Sequence record: DRR378314_766
Strand: one strand, 5' to 3'
Length of the DNA stretch: 38,846 nucleotides
Shown here: piece after piece, positions 38,285 to 38,846 of the stretch
Layout of the letters: the number at the start of each line of letters is the position of its first letter
How positions within the stretch are numbered: position 1 is the stretch's first letter
Position numbers and translations under genes: made by a program
Notes under the pieces: generated by a model
Told to the model about the DNA's origin: nothing
Database searches by the model: none
The model's input: only the letters and a program-made list of their open reading frames with translations

Positions 38285-38846
38285 TAAATTTTGCCAAGCG
38301 GTTATAGTACTTGTTTTTATATGCTCTATAGTGATTTTTAAAGCTGCGGGCTATCTGCAACAACAACACAATATTGAGAATGTTATTACCCAAGCAGAAA
38401 AGCGTATAGCCCTTGATATACCTCGCTTAGATTTATCGAATACGTTTTTAAAACATTCGGGCAATAGTGCAGCAATCAAAGGCTACCTCAAGCGATTGAA
38501 TAAGGCGCTAGAAAGTGACGCTGTGACTGTGGAGGCAATTGGTGAGAGTAAAATAGAAGCTGCAGACTTAAGCAGTAAGTCGGTAATTGTTCGCCAACTT
38601 GCAACCAGTGATAGTAGTGTTGCAGTCACGTTTCGGATTAACCATACATTTTGGCAGCTAGGTGATTTAGTAAGTGCTTTAATTTTGGCTTTGTTTGCTC
38701 TAGCTTTTGGTTATTGGGCTGGGAGTATTAAACGCTCCAAAGCGGGTGCTATTAGGGCACGCAAGCAAGCAGATGAAACCCAAGTACCAGAGCCGTTTAA
38801 ATTGGTTGTAGACCTTAATACTAAAACGTTGGGTAGTACGCATGAT
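38277..38846 (+). CDS. Partial 2-TM membrane protein, runs off the window; possible one-component sensor
   Basis: Translated by hand from ATG 38277 (GGAG upstream, overlapping the previous stop); open for 190 codons: TM, about 100 aa periplasmic domain, TM, cytoplasmic FKLVVDLNTKTL. Confidence 0.75.
   Translation, partial: MINKFCQAVIVLVFICSIVIFKAAGYLQQQHNIENVITQAEKRIALDIPRLDLSNTFLKHSGNSAAIKGYLKRLNKALESDAVTVEAIGESKIEAADLSSKSVIVRQLATSDSSVAVTFRINHTFWQLGDLVSALILALFALAFGYWAGSIKRSKAGAIRARKQADETQVPEPFKLVVDLNTKTLGSTHD

Overview
AT-rich gammaproteobacterial DNA, most likely Pseudoalteromonas or a related Alteromonadales genus (inferred from gene content). (1) 1-1750 is the distal end of an integron cassette array: three cassettes, two intact attC sites and a degenerate terminal site. 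(2) 1.9-9.0 kb holds accessory transport and regulator genes: a PQ-loop/SWEET-like protein behind tandem palindromic operators, an MFS-LysR pair, and a wHTH-TPR regulator with a serine hydrolase. (3) 9.2-17.0 kb is an apparently complete cyanophycin-utilisation locus: secreted cyanophycinase, TonB-dependent receptor, YfcC transporter and IadA, with an unannotated 24-codon leader ORF showing attenuator-like alternative hairpins. (4) 17.1-22.9 kb is an ECF sigma/anti-sigma pair whose duplicated TGCATCCAAT-N13-CGTT promoter also precedes a DUF4331-Ig lipoprotein-TPR-HupE/UreJ operon, a possible Ni/Cu-handling system. (5) 23.2-29.6 kb carries ilvE, a phosphatase-DAG kinase fusion, small hypothetical genes, a MITE-like repeat, and hmgA-maiA with a MarR regulator. 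(6) 29.7-38.8 kb has an S1/P1 nuclease, two tandem TonB-dependent receptors (one with a Pho-box-like promoter) and a divergent PhnD-like protein plus 2-TM partner, a candidate extracellular nucleic-acid utilisation locus. All product calls come from motif recognition; no database searches were run.
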